Below, piece by piece: positions 40,101 to 49,693 of a stretch of 64,000 nt of DNA; position 1 is the stretch's first letter; each line of letters opens with the position of its first letter. Origin of the DNA: a virus; IMG/VR virus record IMGVR_UViG_3300023179_000071, positions 1-64,000 of that record; one strand, written 5' to 3'. Both the position numbers and the translations under genes were made by a program. A model generated the notes under the pieces. It saw only the letters and a program-made list of their open reading frames with translations, had not been told where the DNA came from and searched no databases.

Positions 40101-40435
40101 TACCAACTGGCTTGCGTAGGGTGGTATTCGTAAAAGACCTATCGGGATATACTGCCCCACGAGGAGCTAAATTATATTGTAAGTATAACGGGGATACGGG
40201 ATTCTACGAGCCTATTTCAAAAACACAAATTATTGCATCAGGAGTAATACAACAAGGATTTAATGCTATAATACATAGCACATATGCTGTTCCTAATAAT
40301 ACTAGAACACAAGATGTTACTAAGATTAATATTCAATTTGTTAATCATTTAAATTTAGAGGCAAAGCCTAATCATAGGGCGCTATTTATATATATGGAAG
40401 GATCTTGGAATTTGATGACGGTAGGAAGGCCATGA
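37127..40435 (+). CDS. Large putative tail-tip protein with CxxCxGxG...CxxC motif
   Basis: ORF track starts at TTG 37106; ATG 37127 after AAGG is more likely. CPICKGNG...CEYC; ISNIQVNIGQQSETTY resembles hub C-terminal strands. Confidence 0.5.
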   Translation: MADPRPTDETGTNGPNPVGTNTSPVNTTPPAPDDNTPVDDAAGVTASPGGDNSTKANSAAPSDRRVASIQCKPQEFFYPGLKYQFGPTEAILIETPDQSNYYNAFSLYMGNLNSASSSNKVINRMRKLFVSATAEDEMIYMDPANLGDARAILTINSMVAVNDSGSLGSDSNTSPSSKLVPVAAAEEFALFTRTGDGGAYTSNTGPASGLLDILLKLMSPMQQSFLKISNSYISNNSNSAPNLGSTATAFDAGGRITPSEEPKSLAEQITQSFHTSKNLSLSPKSALPGFAAVPLLSNQHVYGPWINYPDKQKQTIFPFLINDTNRNVAMENMIGPVNIEVDNDLAPWNYGGMYALDMAVELKIMEKSTYQQFLETGQLSVPGYPIFSLGDVLTENTSTIFNYEPIANSLGGVNSITINRNPNFQSPSSSNISNIQVNIGQQSETTYTFRTYQSKLSLFNKDNSDRLKKLIVESRKRQREQHQLSIALYDRMKKKQDLTFKTSFRDYLYDSLTGGNSPVEIMVGSFNAFGKQIQTSSSSGRAAPSASGLSDKDRTIEAHRGQVGIFDAKEISRELNNAYSSKSMMSLDGFFSPVSFYPTPHSSTISYVKYDRKFCPICKGNGVYDKTISPTIGYQSPTIKARCEYCEDKTKVPDVKNFSVAESAPPFILASGLRLAVRTPTGGTTNTDTVIYEYVSDKSLVSNPKKYLEVFGKRNINVYNLNPIIVASGEFRNINALDNDMSGHGIEIVARGMIAPKNALDIIDNIAAGEVIVNNVNGNILYVWDNAQGKYVPKPNIFPGKLLAKDFLDLDYEFRRSYTQNANANDSAGPQLPLLNQRFMSFRGPMVMHGWGYDTEGYPVPNASGEAKMVDSFGRPHRTKDLRTYGSFDPQSADAGDIIIGRNQVWDATRGEWSKPYKEMAFLEKWGQTPEKWPVGPIDLRWDSDRKVWVGPQAPKNVYVVLEEDLTLERNSRTTYPARGFLDDLQFAKDPLPTGLRRVVFVKDLSGYTAPRGAKLYCKYNGDTGFYEPISKTQIIASGVIQQGFNAIIHSTYAVPNNTRTQDVTKINIQFVNHLNLEAKPNHRALFIYMEGSWNLMTVGRP

Positions 40436-40815
40436 TAGAAAATATAGAATCTATTACATATGACAATGTTGAATTACTCAATGATAGTTTATTTATTATA
40501 CGAGCGCATGAAAAAATAGATAATCATATTAGTAATATAAAAGATCAGTTAATTACAGCCATTGCTATTAAATGTAACCAGATTGGTAAATTAGATCTAA
40601 GAGATCTACTAATTAAGGAAATGGAAATATTATTACAAAATTTTACTACAGATTTTAAAAAAGCCATAGCAGTACTATCTCATTTATCTGATGTAGAGAA
40701 TAAAGCTAATTTAACAACAGCAATGTCATGGTACGAAACTATAGAAGATAAGATAGCTAATGAATTATATCAGGTGTTAACAATATTAGTAAATAAGATC
40801 AATACTCTGGAATAA
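40432..40815 (+). CDS. Hypothetical helical protein
   Basis: ATG at 40432 overlaps the upstream stop as ATGA; preferred over TTG at 40405. Confidence 0.7.
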   Translation: MIENIESITYDNVELLNDSLFIIRAHEKIDNHISNIKDQLITAIAIKCNQIGKLDLRDLLIKEMEILLQNFTTDFKKAIAVLSHLSDVENKANLTTAMSWYETIEDKIANELYQVLTILVNKINTLE

Positions 40816-40817
40816 CT

Positions 40818-43800
40818 ATGGCTACAATACCAGTTACATTTGAAGCGCAAAGTTTTGTAGCAACAGCACAAGAATTATTAAATATTGCTGCGCAAAATGT
40901 CTACAATACATATCCACCATATAATTTGGATATATATAATAATTATATTCAGCAAACACAAATACCAGCGCAAACCACATTTATTCCAAGGGTCATCCCC
41001 GCCCCTGTATCTGGTACTCAGGCAATTACTGTTATCAGAGAAGATTTACAGAATAAAACAGAAGGAGACATGATATCATACGGAACAAACCATTGCGATA
41101 TTTTTGCATCGGATTTTGATTATGATTTAGATTGGGATACTTTACAAGACAGTCAAATTACAATTAATCAACTGTTACAGTCTCGTATCACTCAATACGA
41201 TGTAGGCATAAGTGGAATATGGAGACCATTCTTTTTATATATAGAACCAGGAAATCCGTCTGTTAAAAATACATTTGTAACTCGTTCAGCATCAGCTCAA
41301 GAAAATCCATATGAAGCTGGACTAGCGTGGGAAAATTTTATTACCATAGATAATCCTATATTGAAGAGCTGGACTCTAAGTGGTGGATCTACATTTAAAG
41401 TTGACTGGAGATTAGAAAAAAATAACTTTCTTACGGCACCAGTATTAGGTGTGCTTTTCTGGTACAGATATTACGATATTGCTAGAGAAACTAATATTAG
41501 AGCCACATATGAGATAAGACCATACGAGGAAACTCAATCTGTAGTTGATCTGCCTGGTATCAGATGGAATAATCAAGACTATATACCAGAATCAGGATAT
41601 AAAAAATATCAGACAACTTCATCTCATACTAATATAGAACGATACGGTATACAGCCAGGATTATCTCTCGGTGATAGAGTCCTTATTAAAGAAGGAGGTA
41701 AAGAATATATCTATGAGGTCACCGATGGATACTGGGAAAATCTTGGAGAAAAAAGATTTATTAATGGCGTAGATATTTATATACCCAATGATCAATTTAC
41801 AGTATATTTTCAGAGTGTTCCAGATAAGGATGATTGGCTATCTGGTCAGCCAACTGAAATAGGTAGTTTTTCATATCCCAGAACAGAGTTAATAACTAAG
41901 GACATAGATAGATATTCAAATATTCTTAATAAGTTGTTAAATTTTGAAAATAATATTGGCTTACAGAATTTATTTCAAATGTCTCCAGTTAATGACTCAG
42001 ATGTTGGCGGCATTACTGCTGGTATATACATGGATCAACAAAAACAAGCAGAATATATGGCTATTAAAAACTTAGCTAGATTTTTATGTACCGCCCCTGT
42101 GTCTGCAACAGAACATATCAAAGCTACAGATATTAATATGACAAATATTAATTTAAAAAATCTTACTTCTAGTATACAAAATTTAAAAACAGATCTGGAA
42201 AATATATTTGGACGAAATGCTTCCCAGCCATCCGTAACAGTTAACGATGTTGCTACTCAACCTATGGCCGGTAATATTCCTATGCCAACCACCAGTGCCG
42301 CACCAAGTATCATGACACAGGTGTATACTGCCAATATCAAAGCACAGAATACAACTTTGAAATCATTTGATCAAAATTTAGTATATACAAAAAAAGATCT
42401 ATTAAAAGCACTATTTCAGCAAAATAAAAAGAATAGATTTATTGAATTTCCTAAGGGCAGAACAACAAAAATAGTATCTAAGTTTAAGATATACGAACCA
42501 CATCTGCGTATTCTATTAGATTTTCAAGATATGAAAACTTTAGGATTAAATAGAACCAATAATGCAGGAGTTTGGTATAAGCAAAGAATTAATGTTGCTG
42601 GTTTAGAATTATATACTCGTTTAAAATTTCCCGACGCAACAGCTCTTGAGCCTAATCAAAAGGAGGCTCTTGTATTAAAGTATATCACAAACAATAATGA
42701 TGATTCGAATAAAACAGAGATTCCAATTATCATGGCTACTGATACCATTAATTCTTCCAAAGAATATTATAATCAGGTTATGAATAGTGTATATGAAAAA
42801 TTTGGTATTGCTAGACTTTTTCAGCAAAAATATAATATCGAAAATAATTTTTTGATTAGTGATAATGCTGGAGAATTTTATGATGTTACGCTTACAAATG
42901 GAAATAATAGATCCAATTTAAAAATTTTCAAAAATACTACTTATCAGGATAACCAAACTTTTGATAATGCTGTTAGATTTTTTAGGTATTCTATAGACGA
43001 ATATGCTCGAACAGTTCCTAAATTTAATAGAACATTATCATTAGTAGAACAACGATTTGATGAGAGAGGTACTGGTGCTCAGAACGGTATTCTTCCAAAT
43101 ATAAAAGAAGTATACATGCATCGTTTGGGTGGTTTTTATTTCCAAGATATATCATTTTTAACAGTTGGTATGAATAAATTTTGGAGAGCACGGACAGCTC
43201 CAACACCAATAGGCCAGGCTCAATATTTTTTGCCTTCTAGTATTCGTGGAGATGTAGGGAATAGACCATTAGATTCAAAAAAGATTACTATAGAGTTTAA
43301 TTGTGGTAATGATACAGATATACAATTATACGGCATTAACGTTACTCATTTAAGAGACGATACATTAGAAAAAGCTACCTGTCGCCCGTTTCCCAATAAA
43401 ATTCCTGTATATGGTGACGAGGTTAGTGTTTATAATGCTGTTATAGGATATGATTTTAATGAGTCTTCTTATTTATTAAGTAATAGATATGCTCCGCCAA
43501 TTGTCGCATATGGTGGCCATAGAGTTGAGGATGTCAATGCTCTAGGCTTAAGAATTATAGATCATCCATTACCCATATCGTCTGGCGTTGGAGGTATATA
43601 TCCTATTGGATCTGGTAACATACTACCACAAGCAGCTAAAAATTCTTTCTACTATAATAGAGATGAAGCTCAGATAGCTGCTGCTGCTAGAGCTGCCGGA
43701 GTAAGTAGCCTAAGAGATAAGTCTTTAGTAAAATGTTTTTTGACACCAACAGATTTTGCTAATGAAATAACATTTAGAAAAGGATTTTTCCATCCGAATA

Positions 43801-46800
43801 AAGGATGGATAGACTATACATTATTACCATCTGGCTTAATAGGTAAAACGGCAGTTAAAGATGAAAATGATTCTCCGTGTAAAAAATATACTGGCAGAGG
43901 AGCATTATTTAGAGAATTAACATTAACAATCGCTGAAAACAATGCCAAGGCCGGATCGCCTCCAGCAGGAAGCGACTATAGGTTAATAACAATAGATCCT
44001 ATGACAGACGAAGCCTATGGGAATGGAGATCGTCAAGTATCAGCATTTCCAAATTTACTAACCATAGATATAGATCAGAATACAAATTTTATTACTCATT
44101 TATCTGCAACATTAAAAAATTTCACGCATCCAGTACCTAAAGAACTTAAAATAGCACTATTTGATTCTCTTGAGCAAAGATGGATAGCTTTTACATATAT
44201 CAAAGCATACCTAGAAAAGTTAGCTAAAAGCGCAGCAGCAAACGAGGACCCTAACTATGCTAGTAAAATACAAAAACAAATAGCACGAGAAAAAAATGCA
44301 TGGCTTGGACCATGGGCGGACAGATCCAGAACAGAACCTAGACATTTATTGTTCCATTCATCATTATTAAATTATAGTAGTAATTTTAATGCTTTCTTTA
44401 CTAATTTTTCTAGGAAAAATTTAGATTATGCTTTTAGTAATGATTTTATAGCTCCACCACAATCTTTAGATTATTATATCGGAACAAGTGGTACATATAC
44501 TGGCTTTTGGGATTATGATGGACCTATCCCTGATCCTGTAGACATAGACGATCCAAATCCTCCTCCTGCTTTTGTTGGAACTTCATCTAGCGAGATAGGA
44601 AGAACCTGGGGCATACAGGCTTCTGATATGGGATCTGAAGACGAGGGAGGTTCTTGTTTTGATTTACAAGTATGTACAGGATGTCCTGTTGTTGGATATA
44701 CTCAATCATATATTTTTAATAGATTTCATTATAATCATGATACATTTAATATGACATATCCAAGTGGATATAATTTTATAGCTAATTTTAGAAATAAAAA
44801 ACACTTATTACCACCTATAAATCTAGATGCTCCCTTTTCCACAATTAATCCAGAGTATCCTAAGCAAAATGTTAGTGCTGGAAATTATCCTGTAGAATTA
44901 GGATGCATACCACAACCAGATCCTCCTAGACCAAGAGAAACCGTAGTACCAGAATTTCCTAAAGAGCCTATTTTTATTCCTCCCTTTCATCCATCATTGG
45001 TTGGATTATTAACATATATGAGTATAGCTAATGATTTACAATCACAAGGCTATGGTTGGGATTTAGGATTTTTAGTAGGAGCATTTTTTCCTAGTCCATT
45101 TTATTTTGGAGCAACCAGAAGAGAGAAGCTTAACAGATATATGGAGAACAAAGGATATTTACAAATCGAGGGTTCTACAGATGATGCGAAACAACTATTT
45201 GGATTCCAAACTAGAAATATAGGTTTGTATGATGATGCCCCATTTGGTCAGGCAGATAAGGTACAGCTAGAGGTAAAACATCCCAATGGATTATGGTATA
45301 ATGTTGAAGCTGATATTTTTAAATACTCGTCACACTCATCTCCTGTATTAGAAAACACTAAGTTTAATTATTTAAAACATACTAAATATTTATCAGAAGG
45401 AGAGACTACGGACCAAAAGTATACTCAACCATTAACATATCCTGGGTTTGATTTTAATATAGGAACCATGCTTAATACTGATAGAATGAGTATGGATGGC
45501 GTTAGAGCATACTACAGTTTTATGAAGGGAGAAAATATAGAATTAAATTACCATACCGTTTATAGTGTGCGTACACAAAGACAAGACGGGAACTGTATAG
45601 TCTGTTCTACAACACAAAAAATAGAATCACATAAAGTGGATGCTACGATAACAGATATCTATATACAAAAAATTAAAAATCCCTGGTATAAAGAAACAGA
45701 ATTGAGAATCCAGAATCCTAGTACAGTAGCGACACAATTAGAACCTCCGCAAAATTTATATCCTGACGATAGTCTAGACGAGAATTCCAACGCTAAAGAA
45801 ATATATAATGCTAAAGTCATTATACAATTTAATCCTCCAATAGACTTATCTAATACTGATCCAGAAGCTGTGGGTCCTAAAACATTTTTAAATGGCGTTG
45901 TACATAAGAGGGCCGGTAATCTATGTACATCTTTTGTTCTATTTGATCCTATAGTAACAGATGGTAAAATAGCACCTAGCGGCGAGATCAATTATAAAAG
46001 AGGATTGAATGATCAAGAAGAGCCTAAGATGTATGCTGGTGGTAAAGCGCTGAATGGATTAGTATACAATAATAATAGTGATATAGTTAACTTTGGTAAA
46101 TGGTCAAATATAAGAGATCGTAGTTTAGGAGCTTTTACATCATCATATATATATGATCAATTATATGCTGAAGGTGGTTTAGGTTGGGGAACCAATCTAA
46201 TGAAGCCAGAATCTATTCCTGTTGTTGGTAATCAAGAGCAGTATCCTAATCTATTAAATTTAGATTATCATTTTAGTAAAACTAACTATTGTGGTAAAGT
46301 CAAATTTACTAAGGGTTATAATGAATCATCAACACATACTTCGTATATAAAATTTAATCCAAGATTAGTTTACCCAAAGATGCCAAAACACCCGTACAGC
46401 ACTACGAAAGAGGATGCATTTATCTCTTTTACGGGATATCCTAGACCACTAGATATTATACCAAATAGAATATATGCGCATAATGTTCTTAATATATCAG
46501 AACAAAATGCAGAAGTTTTAGAAATAAATGCCAAAGAAGCCCATAAACGATATAGACAAAATCCAGACGTATTGGATTATTATCTACCATTCTATGATAT
46601 AACATTAGATAATAGTATACTAGATTTTGATCTTGTAAGTCAATCCCCGGTACAGCCAGGACAAGTTAGCGCTGCTAGCGGAATAGTGCAATTAGAAAAT
46701 ATTTTTAACAATAAAATTAATGTAATATATGATAGTAATTATTATTGGATTAGTGTTCCACATGAGGCTTCTGGAGTTATTAGCGGATCGTCGAAGATTC

Positions 46801-47462
46801 CTTTAGCTGTGATACAAAAATGTTTTCATTCTAAAGGAACTTTCTCTTTCTGTGCTAATATGTGCAATACAGAGGGTATTGGTCCGGTATGGCCTAATAT
46901 GGATAATATTACTAGTTCTCATGAAAGTATATATAAATTACCAAGTGAAATAGTACCAAGAGCCGCTGGAGTTACATATGAAGAAAGACAAACAAAACAA
47001 ACCTACTATGTTGGTTGTGGTGAGACATCCAATGATTCTTTGGTAAGAATGGATGTAACACAGGTTTATGAGGTACCTATGCAAACTCATACATATGTTC
47101 CAGTTTCAGAATTATTCACTAATCCAGAGGTTGTAGTTAGATTCAAATATTTACCAAGAAAAATTCCAACAGATTTCCAAGTCACATTAGGTAATAATAT
47201 TGTTAATCAAAGTCAATTATACTTATGGGAATGCCATAAAACAAATCCGAGACAGCTATATAATGCTAATACTATTACTAATACTCCTCCATTCTATCAA
47301 ATTCTTAATGAAATGATTTTTAGAGCATGGTTCGGAGAAAGACAAAAAATTGCCTTACAGGATACATATGACAGAAAAATCTTTGTTACCCAAAATCATT
47401 ACAAATGGGTTCCTTATGACTATGATGATAGCGGAAAGTTTGCGAATGAAAGGAATATCTAA
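40818..47462 (+). CDS. Giant putative virion protein (2214 aa)
   Basis: Long uninterrupted ORF; LSLGDRVLIK...YIYEV fibre-type motif; possible proprotein-convertase P-domain-like fragments. Function unknown. Confidence 0.55.
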   Translation: MATIPVTFEAQSFVATAQELLNIAAQNVYNTYPPYNLDIYNNYIQQTQIPAQTTFIPRVIPAPVSGTQAITVIREDLQNKTEGDMISYGTNHCDIFASDFDYDLDWDTLQDSQITINQLLQSRITQYDVGISGIWRPFFLYIEPGNPSVKNTFVTRSASAQENPYEAGLAWENFITIDNPILKSWTLSGGSTFKVDWRLEKNNFLTAPVLGVLFWYRYYDIARETNIRATYEIRPYEETQSVVDLPGIRWNNQDYIPESGYKKYQTTSSHTNIERYGIQPGLSLGDRVLIKEGGKEYIYEVTDGYWENLGEKRFINGVDIYIPNDQFTVYFQSVPDKDDWLSGQPTEIGSFSYPRTELITKDIDRYSNILNKLLNFENNIGLQNLFQMSPVNDSDVGGITAGIYMDQQKQAEYMAIKNLARFLCTAPVSATEHIKATDINMTNINLKNLTSSIQNLKTDLENIFGRNASQPSVTVNDVATQPMAGNIPMPTTSAAPSIMTQVYTANIKAQNTTLKSFDQNLVYTKKDLLKALFQQNKKNRFIEFPKGRTTKIVSKFKIYEPHLRILLDFQDMKTLGLNRTNNAGVWYKQRINVAGLELYTRLKFPDATALEPNQKEALVLKYITNNNDDSNKTEIPIIMATDTINSSKEYYNQVMNSVYEKFGIARLFQQKYNIENNFLISDNAGEFYDVTLTNGNNRSNLKIFKNTTYQDNQTFDNAVRFFRYSIDEYARTVPKFNRTLSLVEQRFDERGTGAQNGILPNIKEVYMHRLGGFYFQDISFLTVGMNKFWRARTAPTPIGQAQYFLPSSIRGDVGNRPLDSKKITIEFNCGNDTDIQLYGINVTHLRDDTLEKATCRPFPNKIPVYGDEVSVYNAVIGYDFNESSYLLSNRYAPPIVAYGGHRVEDVNALGLRIIDHPLPISSGVGGIYPIGSGNILPQAAKNSFYYNRDEAQIAAAARAAGVSSLRDKSLVKCFLTPTDFANEITFRKGFFHPNKGWIDYTLLPSGLIGKTAVKDENDSPCKKYTGRGALFRELTLTIAENNAKAGSPPAGSDYRLITIDPMTDEAYGNGDRQVSAFPNLLTIDIDQNTNFITHLSATLKNFTHPVPKELKIALFDSLEQRWIAFTYIKAYLEKLAKSAAANEDPNYASKIQKQIAREKNAWLGPWADRSRTEPRHLLFHSSLLNYSSNFNAFFTNFSRKNLDYAFSNDFIAPPQSLDYYIGTSGTYTGFWDYDGPIPDPVDIDDPNPPPAFVGTSSSEIGRTWGIQASDMGSEDEGGSCFDLQVCTGCPVVGYTQSYIFNRFHYNHDTFNMTYPSGYNFIANFRNKKHLLPPINLDAPFSTINPEYPKQNVSAGNYPVELGCIPQPDPPRPRETVVPEFPKEPIFIPPFHPSLVGLLTYMSIANDLQSQGYGWDLGFLVGAFFPSPFYFGATRREKLNRYMENKGYLQIEGSTDDAKQLFGFQTRNIGLYDDAPFGQADKVQLEVKHPNGLWYNVEADIFKYSSHSSPVLENTKFNYLKHTKYLSEGETTDQKYTQPLTYPGFDFNIGTMLNTDRMSMDGVRAYYSFMKGENIELNYHTVYSVRTQRQDGNCIVCSTTQKIESHKVDATITDIYIQKIKNPWYKETELRIQNPSTVATQLEPPQNLYPDDSLDENSNAKEIYNAKVIIQFNPPIDLSNTDPEAVGPKTFLNGVVHKRAGNLCTSFVLFDPIVTDGKIAPSGEINYKRGLNDQEEPKMYAGGKALNGLVYNNNSDIVNFGKWSNIRDRSLGAFTSSYIYDQLYAEGGLGWGTNLMKPESIPVVGNQEQYPNLLNLDYHFSKTNYCGKVKFTKGYNESSTHTSYIKFNPRLVYPKMPKHPYSTTKEDAFISFTGYPRPLDIIPNRIYAHNVLNISEQNAEVLEINAKEAHKRYRQNPDVLDYYLPFYDITLDNSILDFDLVSQSPVQPGQVSAASGIVQLENIFNNKINVIYDSNYYWISVPHEASGVISGSSKIPLAVIQKCFHSKGTFSFCANMCNTEGIGPVWPNMDNITSSHESIYKLPSEIVPRAAGVTYEERQTKQTYYVGCGETSNDSLVRMDVTQVYEVPMQTHTYVPVSELFTNPEVVVRFKYLPRKIPTDFQVTLGNNIVNQSQLYLWECHKTNPRQLYNANTITNTPPFYQILNEMIFRAWFGERQKIALQDTYDRKIFVTQNHYKWVPYDYDDSGKFANERNI

Positions 47463-47875
47463 TGAATGTTTACGATTTAATGTGTGAGTTTATACGTATC
47501 GAACAATTCAAGTACAAATGTCGCCTATGTGGTTCTATAGCAATGAGTTTTGATCCTATAGAATATCCATCAATTATTTGTTCTAAAAAAATAGAAATGT
47601 ATCCACCACAAGATTATGGCATCGTTTTTAAGCCCATAGATCCAAACACTAGCACAGAAACTCAAATAAAACAGGATGAACTCATAGATGATATTAAAAA
47701 ATGCTCAATAGAACAAATTGATCAAAGATATCAAATATGCTCGTCTTGTGAGTTCTATAAGAATAATACTTGTGAAAAATGCGGATGTCATGCTGTTAGA
47801 GATCAGATTTATATGAATAAACTGGCATGGAAGGACCAAGAGTGCCCTATAGGCAAATGGAAAAAATTAACTTAG
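47462..47875 (+). CDS. Small Cys-rich metal-binding protein (DUF6171-like C-terminus)
   Basis: CRLCG near the N-terminus; RYQICSSCEF...CEKCGC...K.....ECPIGKW; TAATG overlap with the upstream gene. Confidence 0.65.
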   Translation: MNVYDLMCEFIRIEQFKYKCRLCGSIAMSFDPIEYPSIICSKKIEMYPPQDYGIVFKPIDPNTSTETQIKQDELIDDIKKCSIEQIDQRYQICSSCEFYKNNTCEKCGCHAVRDQIYMNKLAWKDQECPIGKWKKLT

Positions 47876-48615
47876 AGAAACTTAGGATTTTGTTGCAATA
47901 TTGCAGGGATCATCCAGTAGGATACTATTTGTGGATATAGGGTTAAGATATAATTATACTCCCAATCTATTGGGGTAGCAAATTTATGTTCCATGAATTT
48001 TTCAGCTATAAATTTAGCGATATGATTTTTTATCAGAATACAATCAGCATATCTAGATCGAGGTATTTCTATATATCTCTCATTAATAATTTTAGGTTCC
48101 GTAGAAAATATTGACGGCATCAATATAGACCTCTGTTGCAATATAACAGAAAGATCGAATCCCGAGACATTTCTAAAAGTTGAATCGAGAGATTTCTTTC
48201 CTGATGATATCCAGAGCAAATCAGCATCGTTTGGTAAGTTTTTATTTAATTCTTGTAGATCATTTTCTATAGTAGACTTATTAGGGATATAAATATCATC
48301 TTCACATATCATTGACCATTGATTTGGATCTGGATTCTGAGCAATTTTTTCCAGAGCTGTTAGATGATTTAAGCAAACACACAAGGCTCTATCTGGTATA
48401 TATCCTTCTGTATAGTTTAGTTTTGCAATTCTATCTGATGCATTAGTGCTATATTTAGATCGATCACTATCTGACAATTCTCTATAATCGTATTTGTATA
48501 TACGATCTATGCTATTAAAAAAAACAAAGCGAGTCAGGATTTCTAACTCGCCTTGTAATTCGATATATCTATCTGATTTATCATCAGCGATAATACATAA
48601 CTGATCTAAATTCAC
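47872..48615 (-). CDS. Glycosyltransferase family 25-like
   Basis: ALCVCLNHLTALEKI and MICEDDI motifs, PIDW near the C-terminus. Confidence 0.75.
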   Translation of the reverse strand: MNLDQLCIIADDKSDRYIELQGELEILTRFVFFNSIDRIYKYDYRELSDSDRSKYSTNASDRIAKLNYTEGYIPDRALCVCLNHLTALEKIAQNPDPNQWSMICEDDIYIPNKSTIENDLQELNKNLPNDADLLWISSGKKSLDSTFRNVSGFDLSVILQQRSILMPSIFSTEPKIINERYIEIPRSRYADCILIKNHIAKFIAEKFMEHKFATPIDWEYNYILTLYPQIVSYWMIPAILQQNPKFL

Positions 48616-48959
48616 TTCTTTTTAGAATCCTTTTCTGACTTCTCATCCTTAGTCCACTTATGCCATCCCTTATTAGGCAGATAGTTACCATCGTCATCCT
48701 TGCGCTTGGGAAATAGCGTACCACCCTTTTTATGCTGACCGAATGCTAGAACAGCACCACAATCACCACATCTTAATTCGAAATAGTCATTTCCTTCAAC
48801 ATTTCGAACAATAAACTTAATATTAGTACTACCACACAATCCGCACTTTTCTTCACCGAAAATTTCTTGTATGGAAGCTAGTTCCTTGAATACTTCCTTT
48901 TGACCAGCGCCTTCAACCTCAAACTCTAATCGGTCACCAACTTTATATCTTAATTTCAT
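48612..48959 (-). CDS. Zinc-ribbon hypothetical protein
   Basis: CGLCGS...CGDCGA; ATGA overlaps on both sides. Confidence 0.7.
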   Translation of the reverse strand: MKLRYKVGDRLEFEVEGAGQKEVFKELASIQEIFGEEKCGLCGSTNIKFIVRNVEGNDYFELRCGDCGAVLAFGQHKKGGTLFPKRKDDDGNYLPNKGWHKWTKDEKSEKDSKKK

Positions 48960-49693
48960 GATTCACCTTTCCATGTATCGGAGTAGCCTTTGAATTCTGA
49001 CGGAATAGCCTCAAGGTTTTGTTGTAACTTTGATAGCTCTCTAATAATAGAGATACCATCAGGATAGTCAATATTCCTAATATTCTTTTCTTCCATACCA
49101 AGACTAGCTACTACTTTTAATGGATTAATATCTATTCTTTTAGCAATTACATCTATAAAATTGATCTGATTGGGAGTAATCTTAGAAACGGTATTACCGT
49201 CAGGATCATCTTCTATAGTTGACGATATTTCTTCTGCTGCTACAACTTTGCGCAGTTTTAATGCTCGTCTTAAAGCTCGGCCTTCTGCCCGTGTTTCTGC
49301 CACGGCTACCGGATGGTTGCGATATACCTTATCGCAGTTACCCCAGTAAACGTCCGCAGAGCCATCCACGGTCTGGATATTAAAACCTTCCGGGTCGGCC
49401 TGTTCTGGATTTAAACGATAGGTAAGAGAATGCACCACCGTGGCCCTTTTTTCATTATCTGGACTTGGAGACTGGACTACCGTGGAGGTTGATGACATTA
49501 ACCTACAGTTTAAGGCCACTTCAAAAATTCGCCTCAAACCATCTGTTGTGGGATTACCAGCGATTTTTTCATCATCGGATAAAAGAGTTAAAACATGATC
49601 TGTCCATTCTAGATCATTAGGAGTAGGATTTCTTTTAGTAACAGTATCCATTTCGTTTTCGGCGGTGTTCTTACTTTTTGTCATAAAATTCAA
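48956..49693 (-). CDS. Putative Rad52/Sak-like single-strand annealing protein
   Basis: VDGSAD...PVAVAETRAEGRALRRAL helix motif followed by AEE and a C-terminal ITPNQINFI helix, an architecture seen in phage annealing proteins. Confidence 0.45.
   Translation of the reverse strand: MNFMTKSKNTAENEMDTVTKRNPTPNDLEWTDHVLTLLSDDEKIAGNPTTDGLRRIFEVALNCRLMSSTSTVVQSPSPDNEKRATVVHSLTYRLNPEQADPEGFNIQTVDGSADVYWGNCDKVYRNHPVAVAETRAEGRALRRALKLRKVVAAEEISSTIEDDPDGNTVSKITPNQINFIDVIAKRIDINPLKVVASLGMEEKNIRNIDYPDGISIIRELSKLQQNLEAIPSEFKGYSDTWKGES

Noticed and set aside
8912-47875. Alternative genetic code (TAG or TGA recoding)
   Set aside because: Multi-kilobase ORFs are uninterrupted in the standard code, and TAA, TAG and TGA all terminate genes that are followed by SD-led starts.
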